Below, piece by piece: positions 1-8,323 of a stretch of 64,000 bases of DNA (within the stretch, counting starts at the first letter, position 1; each line of letters starts with the position of its first letter). The translations under genes and the position numbers were made by a program. Origin of the DNA: an uncultured Chromatiales bacterium (GTDB lineage Bacteria > Bacteroidota > Ignavibacteria > SZUA-365); assembly GCA_964371045.1 (NCBI GenBank), contig CAYJMN010000002.1:60959-124958 (forward strand), written 5' to 3'. The notes beneath the pieces are model-generated. The model made no database searches, had not been told where the DNA came from, and saw only the letters and a program-made list of their open reading frames with translations.

Positions 1-374
1 GCATCGACGAAGCAAACGAGACCTATCTTTGCACCTTCGGGGGTGAGATATTGCGTTTCAAACCTTCGGTTACTGGTCTCGAAGCGCTTCCTTTGCCTTC
101 CGCGCCGGCCATCGAGGACATCCATCCCCAGCCCGCGGTTTTGTCAAAACATACGTCGCTTCAGCTTCGATTTGGTCTGCCCGCTGTGACGACGATCAAG
201 GTTCAGTTGTATGACACACTCGGCCGTGAGATCATGATCATCGCCGATGGTAAATACGACGCAGGGAAGCACATCGTGTCCATGGATATCGGCGCCTTGC
301 GACCCGGGCTTTATTTTCTGGCGCTTTCGACAACCGAATCGCGGGTGACAAAAAAGCTTCTTGTATTGGAATAG
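1..374 (+). CDS. C-terminal fragment of a secreted protein with a T9SS (Por) C-terminal sorting domain; the 5' end lies upstream of the window
   Basis: The reading frame is open from base 3 with no stop until 372-374. The last ~80 aa (KVQLYDTLGREIMII...GLYFLALSTTESRVTKKLLVLE) match the T9SS CTD beta-sandwich signature also present at the ends of the two other cargo proteins in this window. Confidence 0.7.
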   Translation, partial: IDEANETYLCTFGGEILRFKPSVTGLEALPLPSAPAIEDIHPQPAVLSKHTSLQLRFGLPAVTTIKVQLYDTLGREIMIIADGKYDAGKHIVSMDIGALRPGLYFLALSTTESRVTKKLLVLE

Positions 375-452
375 CCGAACGGCCCGGGGGAACACGTACC
401 GGGCCGGGAGGTCGCGCACGGCATTCCGGAATACAAGATACGCCGCATCCTG

Positions 453-617
453 ATCACATCAGGTCGTCGTGTCCTTTTTTTTCTGATGTGTTTCGATGTA
501 GACGTCAAGCGCCCTCGTGACTCTGCTCGCGACGCGTACGAGAATCACGAAGCCGTAGATAGCGAAAATCAGCGTAATGACGCTGAATGCGAGAGTGGTG
601 ATTTCGTTGAGTGACAT
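453..617 (-). CDS. small predicted membrane protein (54 aa), absent from the ORF track because it is under 60 aa
   Basis: ATG at 615-617 and TGA at 453-455 on the minus strand. The translation MSLNEITTLAFSVITLIFAIYGFVILVRVASRVTRALDVYIETHQKKKGHDDLM has one clean TM helix followed by a charged tail. It lies 40 bp downstream of the FAD-dependent dehydrogenase gene. A T9/A9 homopolymer (474-482) sits inside its 3' end. Confidence 0.3.
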
Positions 618-656
618 TGTTTCTTCAGATGAATGGATACATTCAGTACATCGATA

Positions 657-2315
657 TTACGCGTCTTCTTCCGCTAAATCAACTCCTGTGCGTCTGGTCA
701 CGGCAAGTCTGGGATCCAGCTCGATGTGACGACCCAGCCAGGCCTGTGCGGCACGAATTCCATCGATTGCCGCCGATGTAATCCCTCCGGCATATCCCGC
801 GCCTTCTCCAACCGGATAGAGATTTTCATGTGTCGGGGAGTTGAATCTCTGTTCGTCCCTTCCAATACGCAAAGGAGAAGATGTTCGGCTTTCAATGCCG
901 AATAGTTGAGCCTGAGGATGATGTGCGAATCCCCTGAGCTTGCCGTCGAAAGACTGAAGCCCTCGTCTGAGTCCCTGATAGATGAATTCAGGGAACAAGG
1001 CGTGCAGCGGAGCAGGGGCTGCAGGATTCACGCTTGAGCTTGCATGCAGTGAAACGCTTGATCTTCCATCAAGAAAATCGCCCAGTCTCTGACCGGGGAT
1101 CACGTTACATCGACCTGCCTGATTAACGCTTGTCCGAAATGCCTGCTCAAGCTCCTGTTGGATTTCCAATCCACCATCCATTCCTCCATAGCCGAGGTGG
1201 TCGAGATCTGCCGAGGTCACATTGACGACAATTGCCGCGTTGGAAAACCGCCCGCTCTTGAGATAGTTGCTCATCCCATTCGTCACAACTCCGTCAGGAC
1301 TTGTGCTTGCATTAAGGATGTAGCCCCCCGGACACATGCAAAACGAGTACACCGCGCGAGCTTCTTCCTTCCAAGTCTTGGCCAGTTTGTACTGTGCCGT
1401 CTCGATGCCAGGATAGCGCTGTAGATAATCGGTACCGTACTGGATTTCGTTGATGACTGTCGCAGGGTGCTCTATCCTCGCTCCCATGGCGAAATCCTTG
1501 GCGTTCATCTCGACCCGCCGCCCTCGCAGAAGAGCATACACATCGCGTGCGGAGTGCCCTGTGGCGAGGAACAGCGCACTCGCCTCCATCGCACTTCCAT
1601 CGGCAGTTTGCAGGGCGCAAATAGCGCCGTTGGCGTCGCACTTGTAATCGGTGAATCTTGAATTGTACAGGACGCGCACCCCCGACAGCTCCATATCTTC
1701 CAGCATCCGGCTGATGCATCGACGAATCTTGTTGGAGCCGAGATGAGGATTATACAAGTAACGTATGGACTCGGGGGCTCCGTACTGCACGAATCGCTGC
1801 ATTACAAAGGGTATGTATGGCGATCGGATCCTTGTTATGAGCTTCCCATCACTGTAGGTGCCCGCACCTCCGGCGCCAAAACAGATATTCGACCACGGAT
1901 GGAGGTCGCCGGTTTTCATGAACCTGGCCATGTCCCGAATTCGATCGCGCATCGGCGGTCCCTGCTCAAGCATGACCACGGACAATCCGTGCAAGTTCAG
2001 CCAATGGGCACAGAAAATTCCACCCGGACCTGAACCTATGACGACAGGATTTGTGTGTCGCTGCATCCCGGTATCAACCATCCGGCGGCGCTGCATCCCT
2101 ACAGCATCAAGGATGTCATCGACCGGATCTTCGGTGTCCGTGGTGATAGAATACTGGACCCGAATGTCACGGCGATGCCGGGCGTCGATACTTTTTTTAA
2201 GGAGACGAAATGACGTTCCCTCTCCAGCCAGGCGTTCGACAGCCTCGCGGAGTTCATCATCTGTATGGAGAAAAGGAAGAGTGAGCTGGAGTTTCATAAA
2301 ACCATGCCGCCGCAC
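657..2315 (-). CDS. FAD-dependent dehydrogenase (COG2509-like, NAD(FAD)-utilising)
   Basis: Rossmann dinucleotide motif VVIGSGPGGIFCAHWL near the N-terminus and a second glycine-rich motif GEGAGYAGGITSAAIDG near the C-terminus. 552-aa ORF; the true start may be the internal Met at ~2297 (MKLQL). Confidence 0.7.
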   Translation of the reverse strand: MRRHGFMKLQLTLPFLHTDDELREAVERLAGEGTSFRLLKKSIDARHRRDIRVQYSITTDTEDPVDDILDAVGMQRRRMVDTGMQRHTNPVVIGSGPGGIFCAHWLNLHGLSVVMLEQGPPMRDRIRDMARFMKTGDLHPWSNICFGAGGAGTYSDGKLITRIRSPYIPFVMQRFVQYGAPESIRYLYNPHLGSNKIRRCISRMLEDMELSGVRVLYNSRFTDYKCDANGAICALQTADGSAMEASALFLATGHSARDVYALLRGRRVEMNAKDFAMGARIEHPATVINEIQYGTDYLQRYPGIETAQYKLAKTWKEEARAVYSFCMCPGGYILNASTSPDGVVTNGMSNYLKSGRFSNAAIVVNVTSADLDHLGYGGMDGGLEIQQELEQAFRTSVNQAGRCNVIPGQRLGDFLDGRSSVSLHASSSVNPAAPAPLHALFPEFIYQGLRRGLQSFDGKLRGFAHHPQAQLFGIESRTSSPLRIGRDEQRFNSPTHENLYPVGEGAGYAGGITSAAIDGIRAAQAWLGRHIELDPRLAVTRRTGVDLAEEDA

Positions 2316-2372
2316 GGTTGAAAGATAACATCGTCTTCAAACATGCGGCGGCGTCACGGTGAAAGCCGGTGA

Positions 2373-3749
2373 TCAGTACTTGACCTTGTACTTTTCCGCC
2401 AGCTTGTACAATGTGGAGCGGCTGATGCCGAGCTGACGCGCCGTCTGGGCCAGATTTCCTCGGGTGATCTCGATAGCCCGCCGTACTATCTGCTCTTTGA
2501 TGCGCTCAAGAGGAACGATCTTGTTGTCATGGAAAATTTTCCCGTCGACTTCAATTTCCATTGATGAATGCTGGAAAGGTTGTGCGACCAGGGGAAGTTC
2601 ATGCGCCGAGATAACATCTCCTTCCGCCATGACAACGGCGCGTTTTATGGCGCCTTCAAGCTCGCGAACATTACCAGGCCAGGGATAGCGATAAATGACT
2701 TCGATAGCCTCTCGCGAAAATCCTGAGACAGGTACTTTCATCTCATCGGAAAACCGCTTGAGGAACAACTCGGCGAGTTGAATGATATCCGCACCTCGCT
2801 CACGCAAAGGCGGGAGATGAATGGGGAACGTCGATAATCTGTAAAACAGATCCTCACGGAACTGTTTCTTCTTGACGGATTCCTTGAGATTCCGGTTGGT
2901 TGCGGATATAATTCTGACGTCGGTTTTAATGACGCTATTACCGCCAACACGCTCGAACTCCTTGCTCGCAATTACGCGAAGCAGTTTCGCTTGCAGCGCA
3001 TTACTCATGTCCGCGACCTCGTCAAGGAAAATCGTACCGCCGTCCGCTTGTTCGAATTTGCCGATCTTTCGCTGCGTCGCACCGGTAAAAGCCCCTCGTT
3101 CGTGCCCGAAAAGCTCACTTTCGAGAAGATCTGCCGGAATTGCCGCGCAATTCAGAACAACGAAAGGACCCTTGCGCCGCTTTCCGGTGTAATGGATCGT
3201 GCGGGCAATCAGATCTTTTCCCGTACCGCTTTCGCCTGTCAGGAACACTGTAATATCCGTGTCCTTGAGCTTTTCGATCATGCGTTCAGCGAGCTGCATT
3301 TCACGGGATTCCGCTACAATGGCACCGCTCGATACCGTCGCTTCGAGAGACTCGCGAAGCCGGGCAAGTTCTTTGCTCAAGGAAGATAACTTCACAGCAT
3401 TTTTTACAGTGACTTCCAGCTGTGTGAAATCAATAGGTTTGACAAGAAAATCTGACGCTCCGAGTTTGATGGTTTCAACCACAGTTTCAACAACTCCTTG
3501 CGCAGACAACATTATCACCGGGATATCCGGATCGCGTTTCTTGATTTCCCGCAACGTCTCGACGCCACCGAGACCAGGCATGAGAATGTCGAGAAGAATT
3601 GCATCCGGACCGTCATCCAGTGCCTCGAGAACGCTCTCACCGCTACTGAAAGAACGCGTCTTGAATCCCCAACTTTTGGTGATCCGCTGGGAGAGCATGC
3701 GACGAATCGAGTCTTCGTCGTCGACGATGAAAATTAGTTTTTCTGCCAT
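2373..3749 (-). CDS. sigma-54-dependent two-component response regulator (NtrC family: receiver + AAA+ sigma-54 activator + Fis-type HTH)
   Basis: Receiver domain (IFIVDDEDSIRRML...DILMPGLGG). Sigma-54 interaction domain with Walker A GESGTGKDLIA and the GAFTGA motif (ERGAFTGA). C-terminal HTH (LAQTARQLGISRSTLYKLAEKY). Confidence 0.9.
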   Translation of the reverse strand: MAEKLIFIVDDEDSIRRMLSQRITKSWGFKTRSFSSGESVLEALDDGPDAILLDILMPGLGGVETLREIKKRDPDIPVIMLSAQGVVETVVETIKLGASDFLVKPIDFTQLEVTVKNAVKLSSLSKELARLRESLEATVSSGAIVAESREMQLAERMIEKLKDTDITVFLTGESGTGKDLIARTIHYTGKRRKGPFVVLNCAAIPADLLESELFGHERGAFTGATQRKIGKFEQADGGTIFLDEVADMSNALQAKLLRVIASKEFERVGGNSVIKTDVRIISATNRNLKESVKKKQFREDLFYRLSTFPIHLPPLRERGADIIQLAELFLKRFSDEMKVPVSGFSREAIEVIYRYPWPGNVRELEGAIKRAVVMAEGDVISAHELPLVAQPFQHSSMEIEVDGKIFHDNKIVPLERIKEQIVRRAIEITRGNLAQTARQLGISRSTLYKLAEKYKVKY

Positions 3750-4171
3750 TGTGCCATCCAGAATCCGTTCGTGAATCGAAAACGAGGTTCATCCACACGT
3801 TTTCCTTTACCACTCTCTAACGACTGCCAGGCCGTTGTCCAAACATATATGTAAAGAACCGGTGACTGCAACGACAAGCGTGCCGGAAAGAATAGGAATA
3901 GGACACAAACAGAAGTCGCCATGGACTTCAGGGCTGGAAACCGCACGTAACGCATTGGAGGTTGGAGTTAAGAATCTGCAGATGCCTGTGCAGACTATCG
4001 CGCTACGACGATCGGGACGAGAAGCACAGTTCCATCGTCAGGGGAATTTGCCCACAATGGATTGAGCCGGCTCCTTTGGAATCTACAAGTATCCGGCGCG
4101 GGGGCGCCTTGATCCTTCGGCTGTCAGCGTTTCCGTATCCTTTCGGGACAATCGCGGTCCGGAGGAGGAAT

Positions 4172-4212
4172 CGAAGAAAAAATGGGTCGGTACGCACGGA
4201 GACGTACCGACC
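4172..4212 (-). terminator. intrinsic terminator downstream of the OmpA-family gene
   Basis: Perfect 10-bp stem GGTCGGTACG/CGTACCGACC (4185-4212) with an 8-nt loop. On the minus strand it is followed by a T-rich tract (complement of GAAGAAAAAATG, 4172-4184). It lies 13 bp past the stop at 4225. Confidence 0.6.
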
Positions 4213-4224
4213 GCGATTCTGAAT

Positions 4225-5748
4225 TTACCTGAGTACCTGGAATTGAATGCGACGATTCTTCGTTCTGTTCTCCGCCGAATCATTCGGAACGAGAGGCCTC
4301 TCCTCTCCATACCCGCGAGTCGTCATACGTCCGGCATCGATGCCTCGTTGAACCAGGTAATCGCGCACGGAATTCGAACGAGCTTCACTAAGCCGCTGGT
4401 TCGCGCTATTATTACCCACATCGTCGGTATGTCCCTGGATTTCGACTCGCAGTTCAGGATTCGTTCGAAGCGTGTTCAACGCCTTCGTCAGGGTCGTCTC
4501 TGAATCCGGAGTGATTCGAGCTGAGTTGGTTTCGAAATTGATTCCTTCCAGCACAATTTCACCACTCTCAGTCATTCTAAGTATGTCGGCCACGAGAGGA
4601 TTGGTACCGTCACGAACTTCCTTACCGTCATCGGCGCTATCGTCGTCGGTATCCTTCACGAGAGGATTGGTGCGATACACGTTCCGTTCGTCACAATCGC
4701 TCAATCCGTCTCCGTCGGTGTCGGCAACGAGGGCATTGGTCTTCATATCCAGAACCTCGTCACCATCACTGCATCCGTCACTGTCGGTGTCCTTAAGCAA
4801 TGGATCCGTCTTGTGCGTCTGGACTTCTTCTCCGTCGAGAAGTCGATCGTAATCGGTGTCGCGCAGAGTGGGATCGGTCTTGTACCTATTGACTTCGTCG
4901 CCATCGTTCAGACCGTCACCGTCCGTATCGCGATTGTTGGGATCGGTATTATAAATGCTGACCTCATCGGTGTCGAGCAGACCGTCACCGTCCGTATCTT
5001 TGGGTACCTCCCGAACTGGAGCTTCAGGCTGCATTGCACGAGGACGATCTCCGAGATAGAGCGTCAAACCGAAATTGATTTGGTTGTAATTGTCGTTATC
5101 TTCAGAAACCCATGTATCGAGTGCATCGGAGAACGTCAGGGTTTTCATGAATTCAGCAAAAAAATCGAAGCGTTCGGAAAGCGTCCATGTTACACCTATA
5201 CCAAGAGGTAACGTGAGCGAACTTGTCTCTGTTTCCTGCCGCTGAGCCAAGGCGTTCAGGAATCCCCCGCTACCGGTGACCGTTGGATCGAATAAAAGGA
5301 AACCAAACCCGGCATATCCGTAGGGACGCAAGTCGTACTCGGGAAACAGCTGGAGCTGCAACGCTGCCACGATATGGAGCAGATTATCCTTGTATTCGAA
5401 ACTCGAGCGGTCGCCGGTCCAGGACGAACTTACCGGGGAGTACGAAATACGGCCGAGCAAATGAAGTGTGGCGAAATCACCTGCATCCGCGAACCTCCAT
5501 AGTCCGTGAGCTCCGATGCCGATATTCCAATCCGTTTCCGCGCCAGGGAAATTCGTCCCGTCCTGAAGGTCACCAGCGAAACGGTTGAGAGACAATGCAA
5601 GGCCGAATCCGAATGTCTGCGGTCGACTGTAATCCGCGTCATATCGACGCGTTTGCCCGGTCGTCTGGTCTTGACCTGACTCCTGCTGGCTCATCGCGGA
5701 GCCGCCAAAAAGCAAAAGTAAGAGAAGGAGTGGTATTAATTTCTTCAT
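4225..5748 (-). CDS. OmpA-family outer-membrane protein with thrombospondin type-3 (calcium-binding) repeats
   Basis: Signal peptide MKKLIPLLLLLLLFGGSAMS starts at the internal Met (5746-5748). N-terminal beta-barrel-like region, then tandem D-x-D-x-D repeats (DTDGDGLLDTDE, DTDGDGLNDGDE, DTDSDGCSDGDE and others) and a C-terminal OmpA domain (VEIQGHTDDVGNNSANQRLSEARSNSVRDYLV). The 20-codon extension in the ORF track is not supported. Confidence 0.85.
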   Translation of the reverse strand: MKKLIPLLLLLLLFGGSAMSQQESGQDQTTGQTRRYDADYSRPQTFGFGLALSLNRFAGDLQDGTNFPGAETDWNIGIGAHGLWRFADAGDFATLHLLGRISYSPVSSSWTGDRSSFEYKDNLLHIVAALQLQLFPEYDLRPYGYAGFGFLLFDPTVTGSGGFLNALAQRQETETSSLTLPLGIGVTWTLSERFDFFAEFMKTLTFSDALDTWVSEDNDNYNQINFGLTLYLGDRPRAMQPEAPVREVPKDTDGDGLLDTDEVSIYNTDPNNRDTDGDGLNDGDEVNRYKTDPTLRDTDYDRLLDGEEVQTHKTDPLLKDTDSDGCSDGDEVLDMKTNALVADTDGDGLSDCDERNVYRTNPLVKDTDDDSADDGKEVRDGTNPLVADILRMTESGEIVLEGINFETNSARITPDSETTLTKALNTLRTNPELRVEIQGHTDDVGNNSANQRLSEARSNSVRDYLVQRGIDAGRMTTRGYGEERPLVPNDSAENRTKNRRIQFQVLR

Positions 5749-6003
5749 GATCGTTCCTCGAAATATATCTCTAACTGCGGTAAATGCCGTATCGCAAATC
5801 TGGATCACCTTTCAATTGAGATTGGATGGAACAGGCCATCGCCACCCATGCAAAATTGAACCACGAAACTCCAGGTTTGTATTTATGATGCACTACAAAG
5901 TAAACTCTCCGCGATGAAACATGCAAGGGTGAAGTTACAAGAAAAATGTTAAAATCTACGACACACCGGGGGCCTTTTGTCGCGCTCTGTCAACCACAAG
6001 CGG

Positions 6004-6420
6004 TTAACTCGTCGGTTCTTCACCAGATAGAAGTCTGCGAATCTGGTCTCTGATGTGCCGCTCGATGGTATCGGGGATGTCACCCGTGGAATCATGGTCT
6101 ACGAGTTGTCTGCTCGTTTTGAACTCACGCAACCGATAAAGCTCCTCGACTATCAGCTGGAGCTGCCGCGTGGCGACTTCCTCAAGAATGGCAAGTTCAG
6201 CGAATCGATTCTGAACCTGTTCGTCGCTCCATTTCGACGGATCGATGCCCGTATCCATCGCCGGATCCGAGGTCACAGTCACAATAACGACATCATGGCT
6301 CTGATCAGTAAGGTCAAGATTATTGACCGCCAGGAGTCGCTCTGTCTGATGGAGCACGCCGATGGAATGCAGTAACGAGTGAAGATCAGCTTTGCGAATA
6401 GCGTATCGAATCACTTTCAT
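6004..6420 (-). CDS. hypothetical protein (139 aa, acidic, helical) partnered with the FRG-domain gene
   Basis: Start at internal Met 6418-6420 (MKVIRYAIRK...), preceded by GAGGT about 10 nt upstream and a TATACT-like -10 box in an AT-rich spacer. The longer ORF-track version (to 6627) would overlap the FRG gene. I recognise no domain. Confidence 0.5.
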   Translation of the reverse strand: MKVIRYAIRKADLHSLLHSIGVLHQTERLLAVNNLDLTDQSHDVVIVTVTSDPAMDTGIDPSKWSDEQVQNRFAELAILEEVATRQLQLIVEELYRLREFKTSRQLVDHDSTGDIPDTIERHIRDQIRRLLSGEEPTS

Positions 6421-6572
6421 GTTTAAATCAACCTCAAGAAGTATATCGTACCGTAAAATATGAAAAACGCACCGGATTTCCTCCTCAGCGATTCTGCTTG
6501 ATTCCGTACGGCGAGATGACGATGGTCGATCGAAAATCGAGCCCCTGCATATCACCGCATCCAGGAAAGGAA

Positions 6573-7403
6573 TCAATGCAACTCTGTGTCTGACCCCGGG
6601 CTGTAATTCCGCTTCAGCCATGCGCACATGCCGTCCAGTCCAGGGAAAAGCACGCGTTCAGTTATGTTCGCCTGATCGAGTTTGTCCCTGATCTCCCATT
6701 TCAATGAAGCGGGAATGATCACTTTTCGCCAAAGGTCGCTGTGCCTCTCCAGCCAGATGTCCAGATGAACGCGGGGATTAGACATCACCGAGAAAAGCGC
6801 GTACTGATTGACGATCCGATCATCGAGTGACGGGGGTTCAAAAAAAACGACAAATTCTTCCCCTGCAAGAGAATCAAATTCCTCAAGACGAAGTGCTCCC
6901 TCAGAAAGCAAGGGCACAGTGAAGGCGTGACAACCCTCAAGTTCGAGCAGACTCCGTAATGAGGGAGGCAGCAGCTCATGCCCTCGAACGTAATCGAGGC
7001 ACCAGATGACTCCGTCCCGATCATAGCGGTTGACGTTACAAGTCGCAAAATGCATCGCGACAAATGGCGAATACGTCCAGTCCATCAAACGCGTTGGGAG
7101 ACCATGATGCTGAGCGACCGACAGCCAATTCCAGATCAGGTCCTTTTCAACTACGTTGCGATGCGCATATTTTCGGAAATTCCGCATCAAATGCTTCTCG
7201 AGTTCCCAATACGATCCACCAAGTCGAGTAAGACTTGTTTTGAGTTCGTACCTTGCATCGGAAAGACCCCGGAATGCGAAATTGGAGCGGAATCGGTAAA
7301 TGTCCTGCTTCCATGATTGCTCGAACAATGCATCGACAAGCTCATTCCATGAGCGCACAACCATTATCCTGGAGTTCAGTGTTCCTGCATCAATGCCGAT
7401 CAT
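6573..7403 (-). CDS. FRG-domain protein (Pfam FRG family, function unknown)
   Basis: Carries both hallmark FRG motifs, NFAFRGLSDARYELKTSLTR and AQHHGLPTRLMDWTYSPFVAMHFA, plus the downstream RIVNQYALF element. Start at the internal Met (7401-7403), 11 bp after the stop of the DUF4249-like lipoprotein gene. The region looks lower in GC than its flanks. Confidence 0.7.
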   Translation of the reverse strand: MIGIDAGTLNSRIMVVRSWNELVDALFEQSWKQDIYRFRSNFAFRGLSDARYELKTSLTRLGGSYWELEKHLMRNFRKYAHRNVVEKDLIWNWLSVAQHHGLPTRLMDWTYSPFVAMHFATCNVNRYDRDGVIWCLDYVRGHELLPPSLRSLLELEGCHAFTVPLLSEGALRLEEFDSLAGEEFVVFFEPPSLDDRIVNQYALFSVMSNPRVHLDIWLERHSDLWRKVIIPASLKWEIRDKLDQANITERVLFPGLDGMCAWLKRNYSPGSDTELH

Positions 7404-7414
7404 GCACAATGATG

Positions 7415-8311
7415 CTATTTTTTCCTTTTGAGAACAAACACTTCCTTTGCAATCACCGATGCCGATCCGAAAACTCCCACTCCACCGACGATGTTGCTGT
7501 ACTCCGGACGATACTCCACGGACCGCCCTCCCCACTGTGTGGCTTTGAACCAATCGAGCAGAGCTTTATCGGGTGCCAGAATCGCAACCTCATTCCTCCC
7601 ATACCAGCGAAACGCGGCCCATACTGTCGGAGCCTGATTCGCCTGAATAAATCCCCACCTGGTTGCGGTGTAAAACTGGGGATCATCAGGTTTTTCGAAC
7701 GAAATATTGTTTGTTCTGTCATTCACTTCCGATACAGGCGGAACAAGATACATGCCATACTCCAAGGTGTCGAGTACATTCACTCTCACCAGATACTCCG
7801 GCGAATTTCCCCTCGTCCACGAAATCCTTAACGAATCGGGACTGTACAATACGGTCGTATCTTGCGGATATTGCAGCAGATCCCTTGGCGGGATGATCCA
7901 CGCTATTCGTTTCGGTGTTACGGTACTCGCGGTAACAGTCTTCCCGTCTCGCGTTCTGACGTGAATGGAGTACCGGGTTTCCGGCATCACGCTAATGGTG
8001 GTGTCAGGCAGAAAATACGAGCCGATTCCATTCATTTCCTTGAACTCCAGATTGTAATCCGTTCCCTCCGTACTCAACACAACCTCCGCCCCGGCGTCGA
8101 TCATCGAAGCATAGTCAAAGGGTTGGGTAACAGGCTGTGACACTCCGACGATGACATTGCGAATCGGCTCATCGACGATCAGGTAGGCTTCTACGAAGGG
8201 TGTGGGAATGTAATCAGTCGGAGGCGCGTCCTCGCAGGCCGCCATTCCCAGAACGAGAACGGAAACTAACAATGACCGTACGTGTGGATTTCGCATTATA
8301 TTGTTGCTCAT
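7415..8311 (-). CDS. lipoprotein, DUF4249-like (the usual partner of CarboxypepD_reg-type TonB-dependent receptors)
   Basis: Lipoprotein signal peptide with lipobox Cys (LVLGMAAC). It lies immediately downstream of the TonB-dependent receptor gene, the arrangement typical of FCB genomes. The DUF assignment comes from context and size, not a recognised motif. Confidence 0.55.
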   Translation of the reverse strand: MSNNIMRNPHVRSLLVSVLVLGMAACEDAPPTDYIPTPFVEAYLIVDEPIRNVIVGVSQPVTQPFDYASMIDAGAEVVLSTEGTDYNLEFKEMNGIGSYFLPDTTISVMPETRYSIHVRTRDGKTVTASTVTPKRIAWIIPPRDLLQYPQDTTVLYSPDSLRISWTRGNSPEYLVRVNVLDTLEYGMYLVPPVSEVNDRTNNISFEKPDDPQFYTATRWGFIQANQAPTVWAAFRWYGRNEVAILAPDKALLDWFKATQWGGRSVEYRPEYSNIVGGVGVFGSASVIAKEVFVLKRKK

Positions 8312-8323
8312 GTCGTTGGCATC

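Noticed and set aside
380-406. GC-rich hairpin CGGCCCGG-11 nt-CCGGGCCG just after the truncated T9SS gene, considered as a terminator
   Set aside because: No U-tract follows on either strand. It may still act as a weak terminator, but I did not list it as a feature.
6055-6375. 106-aa + strand ORF overlapping the 139-aa minus-strand gene
   Set aside because: No RBS or promoter, Arg/His-rich odd composition, and antisense to an ORF with better signals. The choice between the two frames is not certain and is flagged in the FRG-module finding.
6421-6627. Longer 207-aa version of the partner ORF (6004-6627) from the ORF track
   Set aside because: It would overlap the FRG gene by about 55 bp in a different frame, and its extra N-terminal 69 aa are low-complexity. 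The internal Met at 6420 has an SD and a -10-like box, so the shorter gene is preferred.
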